Source of the DNA: Mytilus californianus
Taxonomy: Eukaryota
DNA length: 64,000 nucleotides
NCBI RefSeq assembly: GCF_021869535.1
Contig: NW_026262668.1
Span: 113,832,001-113,896,000, forward strand
Direction: 5' to 3'
Shown: positions 37,859 to 50,434 of the stretch, piece after piece
Layout: every line of letters begins with the position of its first letter
Position numbering within the stretch: the first letter of the stretch is position 1
Notes under the pieces: model-generated
What the model was told of the DNA's origin: nothing
The model's input: the letters and a program-made list of their open reading frames with translations, nothing else
Databases searched by the model: none
Program-made: the position numbers and the translations under genes

Positions 37859-39059
37859 ATCTAGCAATTAAAAATCTTTAAGGTATCCGTAATGATATAA
37901 AAAAACGTGGTTATCTAAGATTGTTTTAAAAGTAAAACATCTCTAAAATATGTGATTTATTTTAAGAAATGATAATAAACTATTCATTTACATGCTGTTC
38001 CGATGTTTAACGACATTACGTCCGTTATTTTCCTGTAACACCCGTTTTTGTGATCACGATGTCACTAATTGTAAATATTCCCTAATGTCACGTGTAATGA
38101 CGACGTTAAAATATTAATATTTTCTAGTTGATTAAACGCAGAGTGCACGTAATTGGGCGGTACTTCGGATTTTTTATGATTTTTTTATGCATTTAGAACT
38201 CCTTAACTGCATTAAAAGATATATGTAGCATTTATATTTTCAAAGATAAAATCGATTAAAAAATTGCAACACAAATGTTTAAATGTACAGAATGCACGTA
38301 AAAAGCCGAAATATGCAGTTTTAAGCTACTAGAAATGTCTTCAACTGTCTGTGATGGCAGCCTATTCATTAACCGCGCTATCTCTTCCTGAAACTAACGT
38401 TCCTTAAATCGGTTAATGTAATAGTGCACCAATTGTATTCAAATGCTTGCTTGGTTTACATACACCTTCGTGCTCATGGAATAATGCTTATCTATTGTAT
38501 CTTAAACTTGAAATTTTTTATGGTACATACTGTCCATTATCAAAATAGTCACATGTTTTGTTTGACAATAAGATATGATTAAATTGAATTTAAAATACTT
38601 ATCTCAATTTATTAAAATATCCAATTTAGTTTATTTTATTGAATTCAAGACCCCCAAAGATTAAACAACCAACCAACTAACAAACCAAAAAATTAAAAAT
38701 TAACAAACAAAAAAACAAACAACAACACCAACAATAACAACAAATGAACAAAACAAAGCAAAACAGAGGAAGAAGGAAATATATAACAATATAAAGATAA
38801 ATAGCATGAAATATTACATCTAGGAAAACCCAGATGCACAAAAAGCAACTAACAATGATGTTATGGAAATCAATGTTATATGCAATTGGTTTAACAATGA
38901 GTAAAATTTAAGTATTTTTTCTTTGTTGGGTATAAGAATACTCACATTGGTATATATGAAGCTTTAAAGTTGTTGTTTTTGTTGCAGTATTCCCCCTCAT
39001 AGTATGGTTATTTAGTAAGGATCTTAGAGTACTATATATTCAAGACTGCATGTTATTTG

Positions 39060-39290
39060 CTTAAAGGTTAAAGAAAACAACACATTATAAATTTACTGCG
39101 CTTAAAGCGCGTATCTGTATTCAGCTTCATCAGTAACGTTCAAACCCAAATTTTCAAGAACCAAGGATTAATAAAGATTTGAATACGTGCAGAGCTTTAT
39201 GATCAAATATGACTTGTTAAAATGAAATCAAATCCACCTAGGGTCGCCTGAGGAAGTTAGAATCTTAGTTAACTAATCATTTCTATATTT
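39060..39290 (-). mobile_element. Degenerate family-C retrozyme fragment
   Basis: Minus strand GAACGTTACTGATGAAGCTGAATACAGATACGCGCTTTAAGCGC, with a flank similar to the units at 11760-12470. Confidence 0.5.
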
Positions 39291-39597
39291 ATCTACGGAT
39301 AATTGAGGAGGAGTATGTTCTAAACTCGTATCACGAATGAGGAACTGACTGCTGATCTGATGAATACTCTTGGTGACTAACATTCCACCAGCAGAGAAGA
39401 GGTTGTTTTCCTTAATAGTTTTGCTTACAATACATGTATATTGGAGAAGTGAAGCTATTGTTGGTAGAAGTCATTAATCCACGCAGATTTAATCTTATCC
39501 GTTAAACAAAGACTTTTTTTCAAAAACCAAAACCTACAAAGTCGAACCCTATGTGAATCCACCAAAATGAAATACGTCTCTGTCTTCACAAGGCAAA

Positions 39598-39680
39598 AAC
39601 TTTCTCTGAATCTACAAAACAAAATCTTTCTCTGAATCTACAAAACAAAAACTTTCTCTGAATCTACAAAACAAAATCTC
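39598..39680. repeat. ~26-28 bp minisatellite, 3 copies
   Basis: TTTCTCTGAATCTACAAAACAAAA repeated. Confidence 0.85.
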
Positions 39681-40770
39681 TGTATAAATCATAACCACAT
39701 GTGACCATATATTTCTCCCATTAAGTAGAAACCTCTGATTTGTTGAATTTGATAGTTTGATAGTTGTTAAAAATTGCCCAACTGTCAGAATTTAAAAAAA
39801 GATGTTTACCCTTTTTAAGTATGATGATGATAATTTACAGAAGTTTCAAATTTTAGATGTTCAATGATTAAATGAAACATTTACACGAAGAAGCTATGAA
39901 ATAATGGTGGAGATCTAAGAGTTTGTTTATAAGAAATCAATATGGTGTGTTTTGCCATGTTGCTTATTGGATAGTGTTACAAGTCGAATTTGTCAAACAA
40001 GTTACTTTTTGCTTCATACTGACAGACAGGCAGACTAATCGATCGAGATATATATATATGGGTGGATGGATTGATGGAGAGAGAGAGAGAGAGAAAGAGA
40101 GAGCAATAATTCCCAAATGCCAATCAACAAAGACACAGATAAGGTCACATTATATATTTGAACATACAATGACTACGATGGTACACATATGGAGAACATG
40201 TATTCAAAATAATTTAACAGCAATTTACAGTACTAAAAGAATAATGTCACATAAAGTGTCCATTAATCACAGAAGACTGAGAAAATTCTGACAGATTGAT
40301 ATTTTTGCGGTCGATTTCAACAAAATTATAATACATAATATTTATGAATTAGTTTTTTGCCAAGCTGTCGATTTAATTGTTTATCTAATGTATGATTTCT
40401 TTATTCAATGCGAATATGATAATAAATTTTCCAATCATATACCTTTATTTTTTTTTATTATTTATAACTCATGAAAAGGCGATTCTATTCGCATATTTGC
40501 AGGCATTGAATCTAGTATTTTCATTTCAATTATAAGTTACTTGTTTACTATTTCAATATACACTTTCTCAAAGGAAGTGACATTCCCCTTCTTCCTTCGT
40601 CCATCTGTTCTTTAAAAATATAACTGAATGAAGAAATGCATGAAAAGTTTGATTCCCATAGCATACATCTGTTCCAAAATCGCATTATGAACATCCCCGT
40701 AACTTTTACATAAATGTAACTCTCTGTTTATAAAATCTTCCTTCGATTATTTTTCACCAAAGGCGTCTTA

Positions 40771-41004
40771 ATGTTCTATCTTGTTCTGTTATTTGCCGTC
40801 TTACACGATGTGGTATTGAGTAAGCCCAATATTATTTTTATTCTGGTGGATGATTATGGATTTAATGACATTGGATATCACGGTTCAGAGATCCATACCC
40901 CTAACTTAGATAGCTTGGCAAATGATGGAGTTAAATTAGAAAACTATTATGTACAACCAATATGTACACCTACTAGATCCTGTCTGCTGTCTGGAAGATA
41001 TCAG
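40771..41004 (+). CDS. ARSB: Arylsulfatase B-like sulfatase, exon 1 of 8 (487 aa total)
   Basis: Signal peptide [17 protein letters not shown]; LVDDYG metal ligands; formylglycine motif CTPTR..LLSGR; CAG|GTAAGA. Confidence 0.93.
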
Positions 41005-41295
41005 GTAAGAGTAGAACAGAATATGGTACAAGTAAATTGCATCTCAAATAGGTCCTGTCACTGTCTTTTATCTAAGCGACTTGAGATCAGCAAATAATGC
41101 CACGCTCAAGACAGATGAAAGGGCATGCAATTCGGTGTTGGTCGTTAGTTTCTGTCTTTCATATTTGTTTTTTCGTTTATGTTTTTTCAATATTCAGACT
41201 GTATGTTTCCTGGTTTGAATGTTTTACATTTTGTCTTGTTGGGGACTTTTATAGCTTACTATAAGGTATGGGTGTGGTTCATTATTGAAAGCTTA

Positions 41296-41533
41296 GTTTA
41301 AACAATATTTATTCAGATAAATCATCACATAACGATATGATACATTTGAAATAAATATATAGGATTCAGAAACAAGCAAAGTTGCTTTTACAAATCTGTC
41401 TCCTAGTACACAATTAATACACTTAATAGGCAAAACATAAATATAGACATTGGCATGCTCTGCAATAAATATATGAATGAGAAAAAGGTGAAAAGCACAA
41501 TAGAAAAAAAAAGAAGAATAAACAAAAATATGA
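41296..41533 (-). mobile_element. 238-bp 5'-truncated retro-insertion with 12-bp TSD, splitting a dispersed repeat
   Basis: ATTGAAAGCTTA at 41284-41295 and 41534-41545. The minus strand ends AATAAAATATTGTTTAAAC, and the host repeat resumes after the TSD. Confidence 0.7.
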
Positions 41534-41744
41534 ATTGAAAGCTTAATGGTGACCTATAGCTGCCTACATTCATGTCATTTGGTGTCTAGTGAATAGTTGT
41601 CACATTGGCAATCATACCACATCTTATTTTTAAAATATATCATGTTCTATCCTCTTATGCTGAACCATTTCTATTATTTCGATCACAATTCTATTTACGG
41701 GCTCACAGATATAATTATGTCGCCGACTTGTGTCTGTGTATATA

Positions 41745-43731
41745 TGTTACAGTGAATTTGTATAATCAGGGATTCTAAATAATCCCTGAAATTTTCAGGG
41801 ATTATGTAAAATAACTGGTTAGTATAGGGATTATATATAATCACTGAAATTTTCAGGGATTATGTATAATCACTAGAAAAGACGTCAGGGATTATGCATA
41901 ATAACTGAAATGAAGAAACAGTTTTGTGTATGAAGAAAATGAATGTAAGTTAAACTAAATAATTTATAATATCAAATCATAATAAAACTTCATTATAAAC
42001 ATCCTAAAATATTTCCATACACCAAATTTGTAGACCTATTGCATACAGTATAAGAAAAACAGATCATAACAAAAAAACTGAACTATAACCACTGAACCAT
42101 GAAAATGAGGTCAAGGTCAGATGACACCTGCCAGTTGCAAATGTACACCTTACAATCCTTCAATACACCAAATATACTAGTCCTATTGCTTATAGTTACT
42201 AAGATATGGACTTGACCACCAAAACTTAACCTTGTTCACTGATCCATGAAATGAGGCCGAGTTCAGGTGAAAACTGTCTGACGGGCATGAGGACCCTGCA
42301 AGGTACAATGTACGCACATACGAAATATAGTTATCCTATTACTCATAATAAGAGAGAAATTAACATTACAAAAAATATTTCACTTTTTTTCAAGTACTCA
42401 CTGAACCATGAAAATGAGTTCAAGGACAATGGACATGTGACAGACAGAAACTTCTTAAAATAAGGCATCTATATACAAAGTATGAAGCATCCAGGTTTTC
42501 TACCTTCTAAAATATAAAGCTTTTAAGAAGTAAGCTAACGCCGCCGCATCACTATCCCTATGTCGAGCTTTCTGCGACAAAAGTCGCAGGCTCGACAAAA
42601 ATGATAACCTTAAAGTATAATAAAAATGTAAGGCATAATATTTTAAAATGCCACACAAAATTAAAATATTAAGCACTATATATTAAAATGATAACCTCAA
42701 TATATTTTACACAAAATACAAAAATGTTAAGCACAATATATTAAAACATTCATTAAATAAATTTGGATGGCAGAAACTTTTGCACATTTGCCCTGTTTTT
42801 CTACAGGCACATCTACCTGATTCGCATCTGTTTTACTACACTATCCACATTAAAAAAAACCTTGTCTTTCTCATATCGAATCAGATTTTACGGCATGTCT
42901 AAGAGAAATAAAGTTTGTAATACAATCATCTGAAGGTACCCAAAAAAAGGGAATCAGCAGCCGTGAACTGATTGCTGATGCTAGCAGAATTCTGTTGCGT
43001 TATTTCTCTCAGAATTGAATTTCATGTTCTTTATCCCCTCTATGAACAACGCCATCAATTCAACTCGAATCAACCACTGATTTGTTATAAAAACTAGTAT
43101 ACTTATGAGACGTAAATCATATAAATGGTACTTCTGTTTTTGTATATCTAGTTTTGACAAATTTTGCTTTTCACAAAATATATATTTGTTTCGTCAAATA
43201 TTGAAGACTATCTATTTTTAGATCCATGCCCACCAACCCCGTCCCCTCCTATAGTACTGCATAATGCTGTAAAGAGTGTAATATGTATGAAATATATAGG
43301 ATAATAGCAGCCTTAAAACAATTTAAATATATACTTTGTTAGCAGATAGAATTAAGCAGGATTTTAGTCTTTTTTACTTGGTTCTTTTGTCATCAAAGTA
43401 AAAATACCATTTTTTGTTCCTTTTTCCATAGCTTGCATTTTGTATTTTCCTCTGCTATACTTATTTGTTTGTGAAATATTGTGGTTCAACATACAGTTAA
43501 ATAAAATATCACTGGTAAAACCTTTCCCTTATTTTTTTTTTCATTATTGATAATCCCTGAAATCATATTAGGGAATTTGTAAAATAATTAGTAAAATGTT
43601 CAGTGATTATGTAAAATCACTGGTCATTTTCAGGGATTATATATAATCACTAATGAGTTTAGTGATTTTACATAATCCCTGAAAAACCAGGGATTCTACA
43701 TAATCCCTGATTATACAAATTCACTGTAACA
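41745..43731. mobile_element. Foldback-like non-autonomous DNA transposon (~2.0 kb) with TGT..ACA termini
   Basis: Perfect TIR TGTTACAGTGAATTTGTATAATCAGGGA / TCCCTGATTATACAAATTCACTGTAACA, flanked by TATATA on both sides. Subterminal arrays of palindromic CAG(G/T)GATTAT..ATAATC(C/A)CTG. Confidence 0.85.
41995..42600 (-). mobile_element. Helentron-type non-autonomous element (HINE-like) nested in the foldback element
   Basis: Terminal hairpin GTCGAGC..CTGCGAC-AAAA-GTCGCAG..GCTCGAC-AAAA, (GCC)n microsatellite, internal CCATGAAAATGAG tandem units. Confidence 0.6.
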
Positions 43732-44119
43732 TATATACGTAGACAATACTTATCAGACACATACTTCAGAGATCATTCTGTACACGTACTAGCAGAGAGA
43801 TGATCTGCCCAAAACACAAAACTAACATAAAGAGACGAACAAATATTTAAGAAGAATTAAGCTCGTTTATTCCCTAAACTATCCCTATGTATACATGTGC
43901 ATGGCGTCAACACTCGATCCTTTTTACCAAAACCTGCACAGTTACAAATAGTATTCCTTATTTGGGAAAGCAAATGATAAAATGAAAAACTGACAAAATT
44001 TGTTAGGCAGATAGTGATGGTTATTGGGATATAAAACACATAATATGCTCATATATATGCATACATAACTTCGTCTTTAATTTAGCATGTAACATCAGAT
44101 TTGCAATTTATCCTTTTTT

Positions 44120-44210
44120 TCTCTCCTCGTTTAGATTTGAACCTTTGCTTCCGTGACATCACCTTCTGCATTGTTTCAAGTGCCCTAGACCAATCGGCCA
44201 AGTAGGCTAT
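44120..44210 (-). other. tRNA-like (Pol III A/B box) head, probably a SINE remnant
   Basis: Minus strand TGGCCGATTGGTCTAGGGC (A-box-like) and GGTTCAAATC (B-box-like). No complete cloverleaf. Confidence 0.35.
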
Positions 44211-44763
44211 ATAAAAATTTAGCTTTTGTTAGAAGATCAATTCCTCACTTCTTCGACTTGATCTAGGATTGCATCGCAGTACATCATGTATTATCGCATG
44301 TAGATGGAATATCGGCTTGTTGTTTGTTTATTTTTTTATCGTAAAGGATGATACAGCTTAGGGATAGGAATGTGAATTTATGACGAGGTTATTGTTTTTT
44401 TTTTTTTTATCTCAACATCTCTATGTTAATCTAATGTGGCAATCAAATAGTGTTTCCTTTTCTATTTTAAAATATTTCGTCGTTTATTGAAAGATGCTGT
44501 TGATATTATAGCTTAGGTATGTACATTTAAGAATTAAAAAAATAAACTAATACTAACCCAAATGTATTTTCGGTGTTTAAATTCCAAATCTTACCGATGT
44601 TGTGCAAATACTTTCTGCATAAAACTACAAATGAAGGGTTATCAATAAATTAATTTGTGTCATAAACAAATGTAATATCTCACTGGTGAGGATACACAAC
44701 CGACTTCCAAAATCTTACTGCATACTTTAATTTTATGGTTTGAGATTCTTGATATATTTACAG

Positions 44764-44950
44764 ATTCATACTGGATTGCAACATGGGAATATAGCGCCAT
44801 CTATCCCGAATGCCTTGCCAACCGATAGTCTGACTATAGCAGATAAAATTCAACAGGCTGGATACAGTACACACTGTGTTGGGAAATGGCATCTTGGTTT
44901 CTACAAAAAAGAATTTCTTCCAACAAGACGAGGATTCGATACATTTTATG
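44764..44950 (+). CDS. ARSB: Arylsulfatase B-like, exon 2
   Basis: CAG|[23 protein letters not shown]|GTGAGT, 187 nt. Confidence 0.93.
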
Positions 44951-45487
44951 GTGAGTTAAATAATATACAATTCACACAAGTTTAACTATGTTATAATGGC
45001 TAAGGCAATGCCATATCCTAAAGAACAAAGACCTAAAAGTAGCAAAATGGGCTACCATAAACCATAAATATAACAAAGACAGACAGCTGACCAATAGAAG
45101 AACTTCTTTTGTTGTTGTTTTTTTTTTTACTCTAGTAGATAGTTGTCTCATTTGCAACCATACGACATCTCCATAATGTATTATTTAAAAGACAACCCAC
45201 CAAACAAAACGTCACACGAAAAAACAAATAATGAGCAAGTCAAAATCCTCCCTCCCCCCAAAAATAACATGAAAAAATAAATATAAATATAAAATATACC
45301 AATTTGAAGTCTCTGTTATTTAAAGTTTATACAGAATGATGAAAACGGTTTATCTTCCTGGTGAAATTTATACTCTTCTTGCAAAGCATTCCTTAAATGC
45401 GTTAAACACTGTAGAATTGACTCACAGTAAACGAATTGATAAAAAAAACAACAACAAAAAAAACAATTATGATATAATTTTGTCAAT

Positions 45488-45950
45488 AGATATAAGAAGA
45501 TGTGGTATGAGTGCCAATGAGACAATTCTCCATCAAAGTCAAAATTTATAAAAGTAAACCATTATAGGTAAAAGCACGGTCTTCAACACGGAGCCTTGGC
45601 TCACACCGAACAGCAAGCTATAAAGGGTCCCAAAAGTTACTAGTGTAAAACCATTCAAACGGGAAAACCAACGCGGGTCTAATCTATATAAAAAACGAGA
45701 AACGAGAAACACTTATGAACCACAACAACAAACGACAACTACTGAACATCAGATTCCTGACTTAGGACAGGTGCAAACAATTGTAGCGGGTTTAAACGTT
45801 TTAATGGTACCAAACCTTCACCCTTATCTGAAGCAATAGTGTAACATCACAACATAGAAAGACACACTATAAAATATCAATTGAAATTGCTTAACTCAAT
45901 CAAAAGACATATTAACACCCGTGAACATACACTGAACAAATAAATTTGAT
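45488..45950. repeat. Young copy of the dispersed repeat in ARSB intron 2
   Basis: Roughly 90% identical by eye to 54294-54673, same orientation. Confidence 0.85.
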
Positions 45951-46006
45951 CTATGATACAATGCAAATACAAAATAAGTCAATGCATGTTTGTTATTTCT
46001 AAACAG

Positions 46007-46176
46007 GTTTTCTGGTCGGTTCTAAATCCCACTATCAGCACAGACGTTGTCACAAAGGAATGTGCGGGCTTGATTTTAGACAAAATGAACGACAAATACG
46101 AACCAATCGAGAATATTCGACTACTCTGTTTTCACGACGAGCTGTGGATATCATCAATAGTCACCAATCGTCTCAG
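46007..46176 (+). CDS. ARSB: Arylsulfatase B-like, exon 3 (frame not shown in the ORF track)
   Basis: CAG|GFLVGSKSHYQHRRCHKGMCGLDFRQNE..YSTTLFSRRAVDIINSHQSSQ|GT, 170 nt, phase 1-0. Confidence 0.88.
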
Positions 46177-46442
46177 GTATCTTATCCAAAGTCAGCAATT
46201 AAACTTCGGTCCTAAGCGAATACGTTGTGCAGTCTATGTATCCTCCGTTAACCAGTTACAACATTTCCTTTATGCAACAATAAGTTACCTATTTCTCGAT
46301 ATCTCCAATTATTTTGAAAAAAGAGAAATACATTTATAACATGCAGATTAGGCGTTAGCGACGCGGATAAAGGCAATAACTGTTAAAATCAGTAATGCGT
46401 TTATAAAATAAACTTATCATAGATACAAGGATTAAATTTTGT

Positions 46443-46486
46443 ACGTCAGACGCGTGTTTCGTCTTCAAAAGACTCGTCAGTGACGC
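46443..46486 (-). ncRNA. Minimal hammerhead ribozyme (family A), core intact
   Basis: GCGUCA CUGACGA GUCU-uuuga-AGAC GAA ACACGCGU C UGACGU; one substitution in the stem III palindrome. Confidence 0.8.
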
Positions 46487-46614
46487 TCGAATCAACAAAG
46501 TTAAAAAGGCCAAATACAGTACGAAGTTGAAGAGCATTGAGGGTCCAATATTCCGAAAGGTATTGGCAAATACAGTTGTGTTTTATTAATAACATTATCG
46601 ATACCAGTTTTACT

Positions 46615-46658
46615 GCACTAGATGCGCATTTCGACAACTAATGTCCATTCAGTGATGC
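46615..46658 (-). ncRNA. Hammerhead motif (family B) with mutated core
   Basis: GCAUCA CUGAAUG GACA-uuagu-UGUC GAA AUGCGCAU C UAGUGC: CUGANGA is broken. Confidence 0.6.
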
Positions 46659-47210
46659 TCGAAGCCAGAATATTAATAATTAAAACCTAATGCAATAAAG
46701 AAGACCTAATTATATAAAAAAGGGCAGAGGTCTATAGTTCTTTGAAACAGCAATTAACGTTCTGTTTTTGCTTAAGCAAAGGAAAGTTCTGGCGTGAATT
46801 AAACACCACACACCTTTTGGTCTTCGTCAAAACGGAACAATTGTCCTCCACAAAAAATAGTACACCAATACAATGCTTAAAAGAAATAACAACAATGACA
46901 TTGTTTTGTTAAGATGAAATAAAAAAGTATTTTAATGTGTGGTCAAATAGATTTCTTAAATAATGCACTGAAATCCTTTTTATATACAGCAACAATTCGA
47001 AAAAAGAAAGAAAGATGTTATTTACAAAATATATTATATTGAAAAATATCGTAAAATTTTCGTCAATTTTAAAAATGGATGATAACCGTGAGTACAAAAA
47101 GGTTAGTTTTTCCCAGTTTGATGAACATATACATTTCAATCATTAATGGCTATTTTTTATTTACTTCATATATTGTAGATTGATAAAGTATTGTTTACCT
47201 TCATTTGCAG

Positions 47211-47325
47211 CCTTTGTTCGTGTATGTACCATATCAAGCTCCTCATTCTCCTCTACAAGCACCAAAGAGATATATTGATCAATACAAAAATACCATTCCG
47301 GACAAAAATAGACGACAGTATGCAG
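47211..47325 (+). CDS. ARSB: Arylsulfatase B-like, exon 4
   Basis: CAG|PLFVYVPYQAPHSPLQAP..DKNRRQYA|GT, 115 nt. Confidence 0.92.
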
Positions 47326-48330
47326 GTACTTTAGAGAATCTCATGAGATATCCACTAAGATATAATACAGCTACCCCAAACATACTTGTACGAGATATCT
47401 AGATTTTACTGTACACTTCTAAAAAAAAACTCGACATATATTGGCAAATGTATGGAACGATGTATTGAAATTCTCAAGTCTGAAATAAAAGAGTCCATCC
47501 TCTAGATAAACGACAGCTAGTCGATAAAGATTTCTGTTGTCTTTTATGAGTGAACGTATGATGTCCTTGAGTAAAAACACAGTAGTCATCTTGAACTTAC
47601 TAAAATGAAAAGTTTCAGTATCCAAATTTAAACTTAGATTGAGCAACAATTTAAACAGTCATGTCGCGCGGTTAATGTATGTTCAAATACACATTATTTG
47701 TTCTAGAAGATGTGGATGCTCCGAATCTTTATTTATATACATGTTTTTGATACTATTGGAGGGATGACATATTTACAACCTTGTGTAAAACTATTGTCCT
47801 CACGTTTGCTTCATTGCCAATTTAAACATACTTACATAATCGATAAACTTAATTTTCAATTAAAAAAAAAAAGTGAATAGTGAAAACAATTTCAGAACCC
47901 TTCACTTCGTAGCAAAAAAGGGCACGAGTAGCGTTTGAAAAGTTTCAATGTCTCGCGCAACCTCAACGGTCAAGTTGTTATGCATGGCCTATTTTTATTT
48001 TCCACACACTTATAAGTTTCGACATTACCATAAGCAACTGGTCGTTCAAGTAAAACAAACTTTCATACAAAGTGTTATGTTTATTTAGAAAGAAAATATT
48101 GCAACTAATTAAATGTATTATGCTGTGCAAAACACTAATCTAAAAGCCTACTTATAAATACTAACTTCGTTAGAAAAAGGCAGATGAACCTCATCAGCAT
48201 CATGAATGAACGAAACTGAAGAATAAGGACACAATTGAATGTTCGACATGACACACAAAGATTTTAGAATTTTGTTAATTGTGTATTTTCACATACATTT
48301 ACAGTTGACATATTTTGTTTTCTTTGGTAG

Positions 48331-48426
48331 GAATGGTTTCTGCTATCGATGAAGGTGTTGGTAATATAACGAGAGCCCTAAAGAGAAAGGGACTCTGGGA
48401 TAATACCATATTTATCTTTTCAACAG
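48331..48426 (+). CDS. ARSB: Arylsulfatase B-like, exon 5
   Basis: TAG|[32 protein letters not shown]|GTAAGG, 96 nt. Confidence 0.92.
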
Positions 48427-49303
48427 GTAAGGTCATACTGATAAAATATAAAAGTATAAGCTCTCAACAGATAAATTATTCAATTAAAATGAATTTCTAT
48501 CATCTCACAAACAAAGAACTTATTATCCCCTGTTTGCTTTTACAACTGACAACAAACATCACTTACTTTATTATGCCTCTATATTATAGAAATCAAAATG
48601 ACTTTTACAGCACAGTTAATTTACTAAATTTCTTGCAAAAGTACATGTGTGCGAATATTTTTTCCTTGCTCTTGAAGAAAAAAATAGTATTAAACTGATG
48701 AGACCTAACTTTCAATTGCATTGTTTCTGAAATTTAAAATGTCCCAATGTATGTACCATATATGGCTTCATAGTTATCAGAATAGCAGTAGATGAAAATG
48801 AATTTAAGACTTTCAAAGACAAATTACCTAAAATTTTCCACAAACAAAAATGATCAAAAAGATTTCAATATAAGTTACGTAGTCGAATCCACGAATTAAT
48901 CTCGCCGCAATAAAGCCTTTTTGTGCTGAGGGGGCGTAAAGCGAACATCAATCTATCAATCAATTATTAATCGGCCTTTCCATTTTAGTACATGATTTAT
49001 TATAATGATACTATGTTCTTTTATGTTTGGATTTCACTTATTAACATGCATACAAAATTAGTCAATTGACAGCTTTACCACACCATTTGTTTTAGGTTTG
49101 TTTCTGCCATTGGAAAACTATGTTCTTAACATAAATCACAAACTTAGATGTAAAAATTATAGGGAAATACGACACTACATAATATATGTAACAATCATAT
49201 ATCTTCCATGTTATTTAAAACCTAACACCTTCAATATTTGATAATTTTTGTCATGTAGTTGCCTTGTAAAAACCACACTCTATAAAATAATTATTCTTTC
49301 TAG

Positions 49304-49547
49304 ATAATGGTGGTCAAATCAGTAGAGGTGGTAATAATTATCCATTGAGGGGAAATAAAGGAGGTAATTTTGAAGGAGGAATACGTGGAGTAGGATTTGT
49401 GTGTGGCGGACTGGTTAAAAATAAAGGGACAGTATCTCAAGAACTTATGCATGTTACTGACTGGTTTCCAACACTTGTTAATCAGGCTCAAGGAAATTTC
49501 GTAGGGGTAAAACCTCTCGATGGTTTTGATCAGTGGAATTCGATAAG
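49304..49547 (+). CDS. ARSB: Arylsulfatase B-like, exon 6
   Basis: TAG|DNGG..NYPLRGNKG..EGGIRG..HVTDWFPTL..LDGFDQWNSI|GT, 244 nt. Confidence 0.92.
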
Positions 49548-49856
49548 GTTTGTCCACATTCTGTATTTAGCTAAATCATGATAAGAAATAGAACCTTGTT
49601 GTGGAATTCCTTGCCTTTGACTTTAAAAGAAAGTAAAAGTATAAATGTTTTAAAACAAAATGTCAAGCTTGAAATACAAGAAGAGAACTTTTCGCAGTTT
49701 TAATGTCACAATTTTACTATAAATATACTTTTTATTCAAGTCAATGGTATTTGTCTGTCTGTACTATATATGTGCTCTTGTATGCAGTGTAGTATGTTTT
49801 TGCTTTATTACCCTTTTGTTTATGTATTATTATCTTTTATAGATTGTGTTTTCTCA

Positions 49857-50434
49857 CGGTACCCAAATTTAACCTAGTACCGAATTGCGCCTATTTAGCA
49901 AAAATAGCAGCGGAAGTCTTACAAGTTTTCTTAGAGAATAAACGATCTGTATTTTTATGATTTGACATTATGCACGCCTTTCAACATAGCTAGATATATT
50001 GGAATATACACAAAACATTCACAGTATAAATATCAAAGATGAAGTATCCACTGGAAAAAGAAAAATCTACGGAAACGTCGCCATGCGACGTCCATAAAAA
50101 TATGTTGCATGATCCATTTCTTAAAAAATGAATAATAAGCATGGACCATTGTCAAATTGTTCTAATAAAATACTTGGAGAAATAAAACAAAACATCAGTT
50201 ATTCGATTTTTACGGATGTGAATTTAAGCATGGATACAATTTGGGTACTCCTCATAACTGAATCACGGATCGTTTAGAGGTCGGTTCAAACCCATTTTTC
50301 TATGATTCAGTATGAATTCAAGAACTATATAGTAAATAAGGATATAACTACAAAATAAACACAGAATAAACTTTGTCTGGATCATAAATAAACGTAAGTG
50401 AAAAACTGTTAAAATAGGTGCAATTTGGGTACCC
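49857..50434. mobile_element. PIF/Harbinger-type MITE (578 bp)
   Basis: TCA-CGGTACCCAAATT ... AATTTGGGTACCC-TCA: 12/13 TIR and a 3-bp TNA duplication. Confidence 0.6.
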
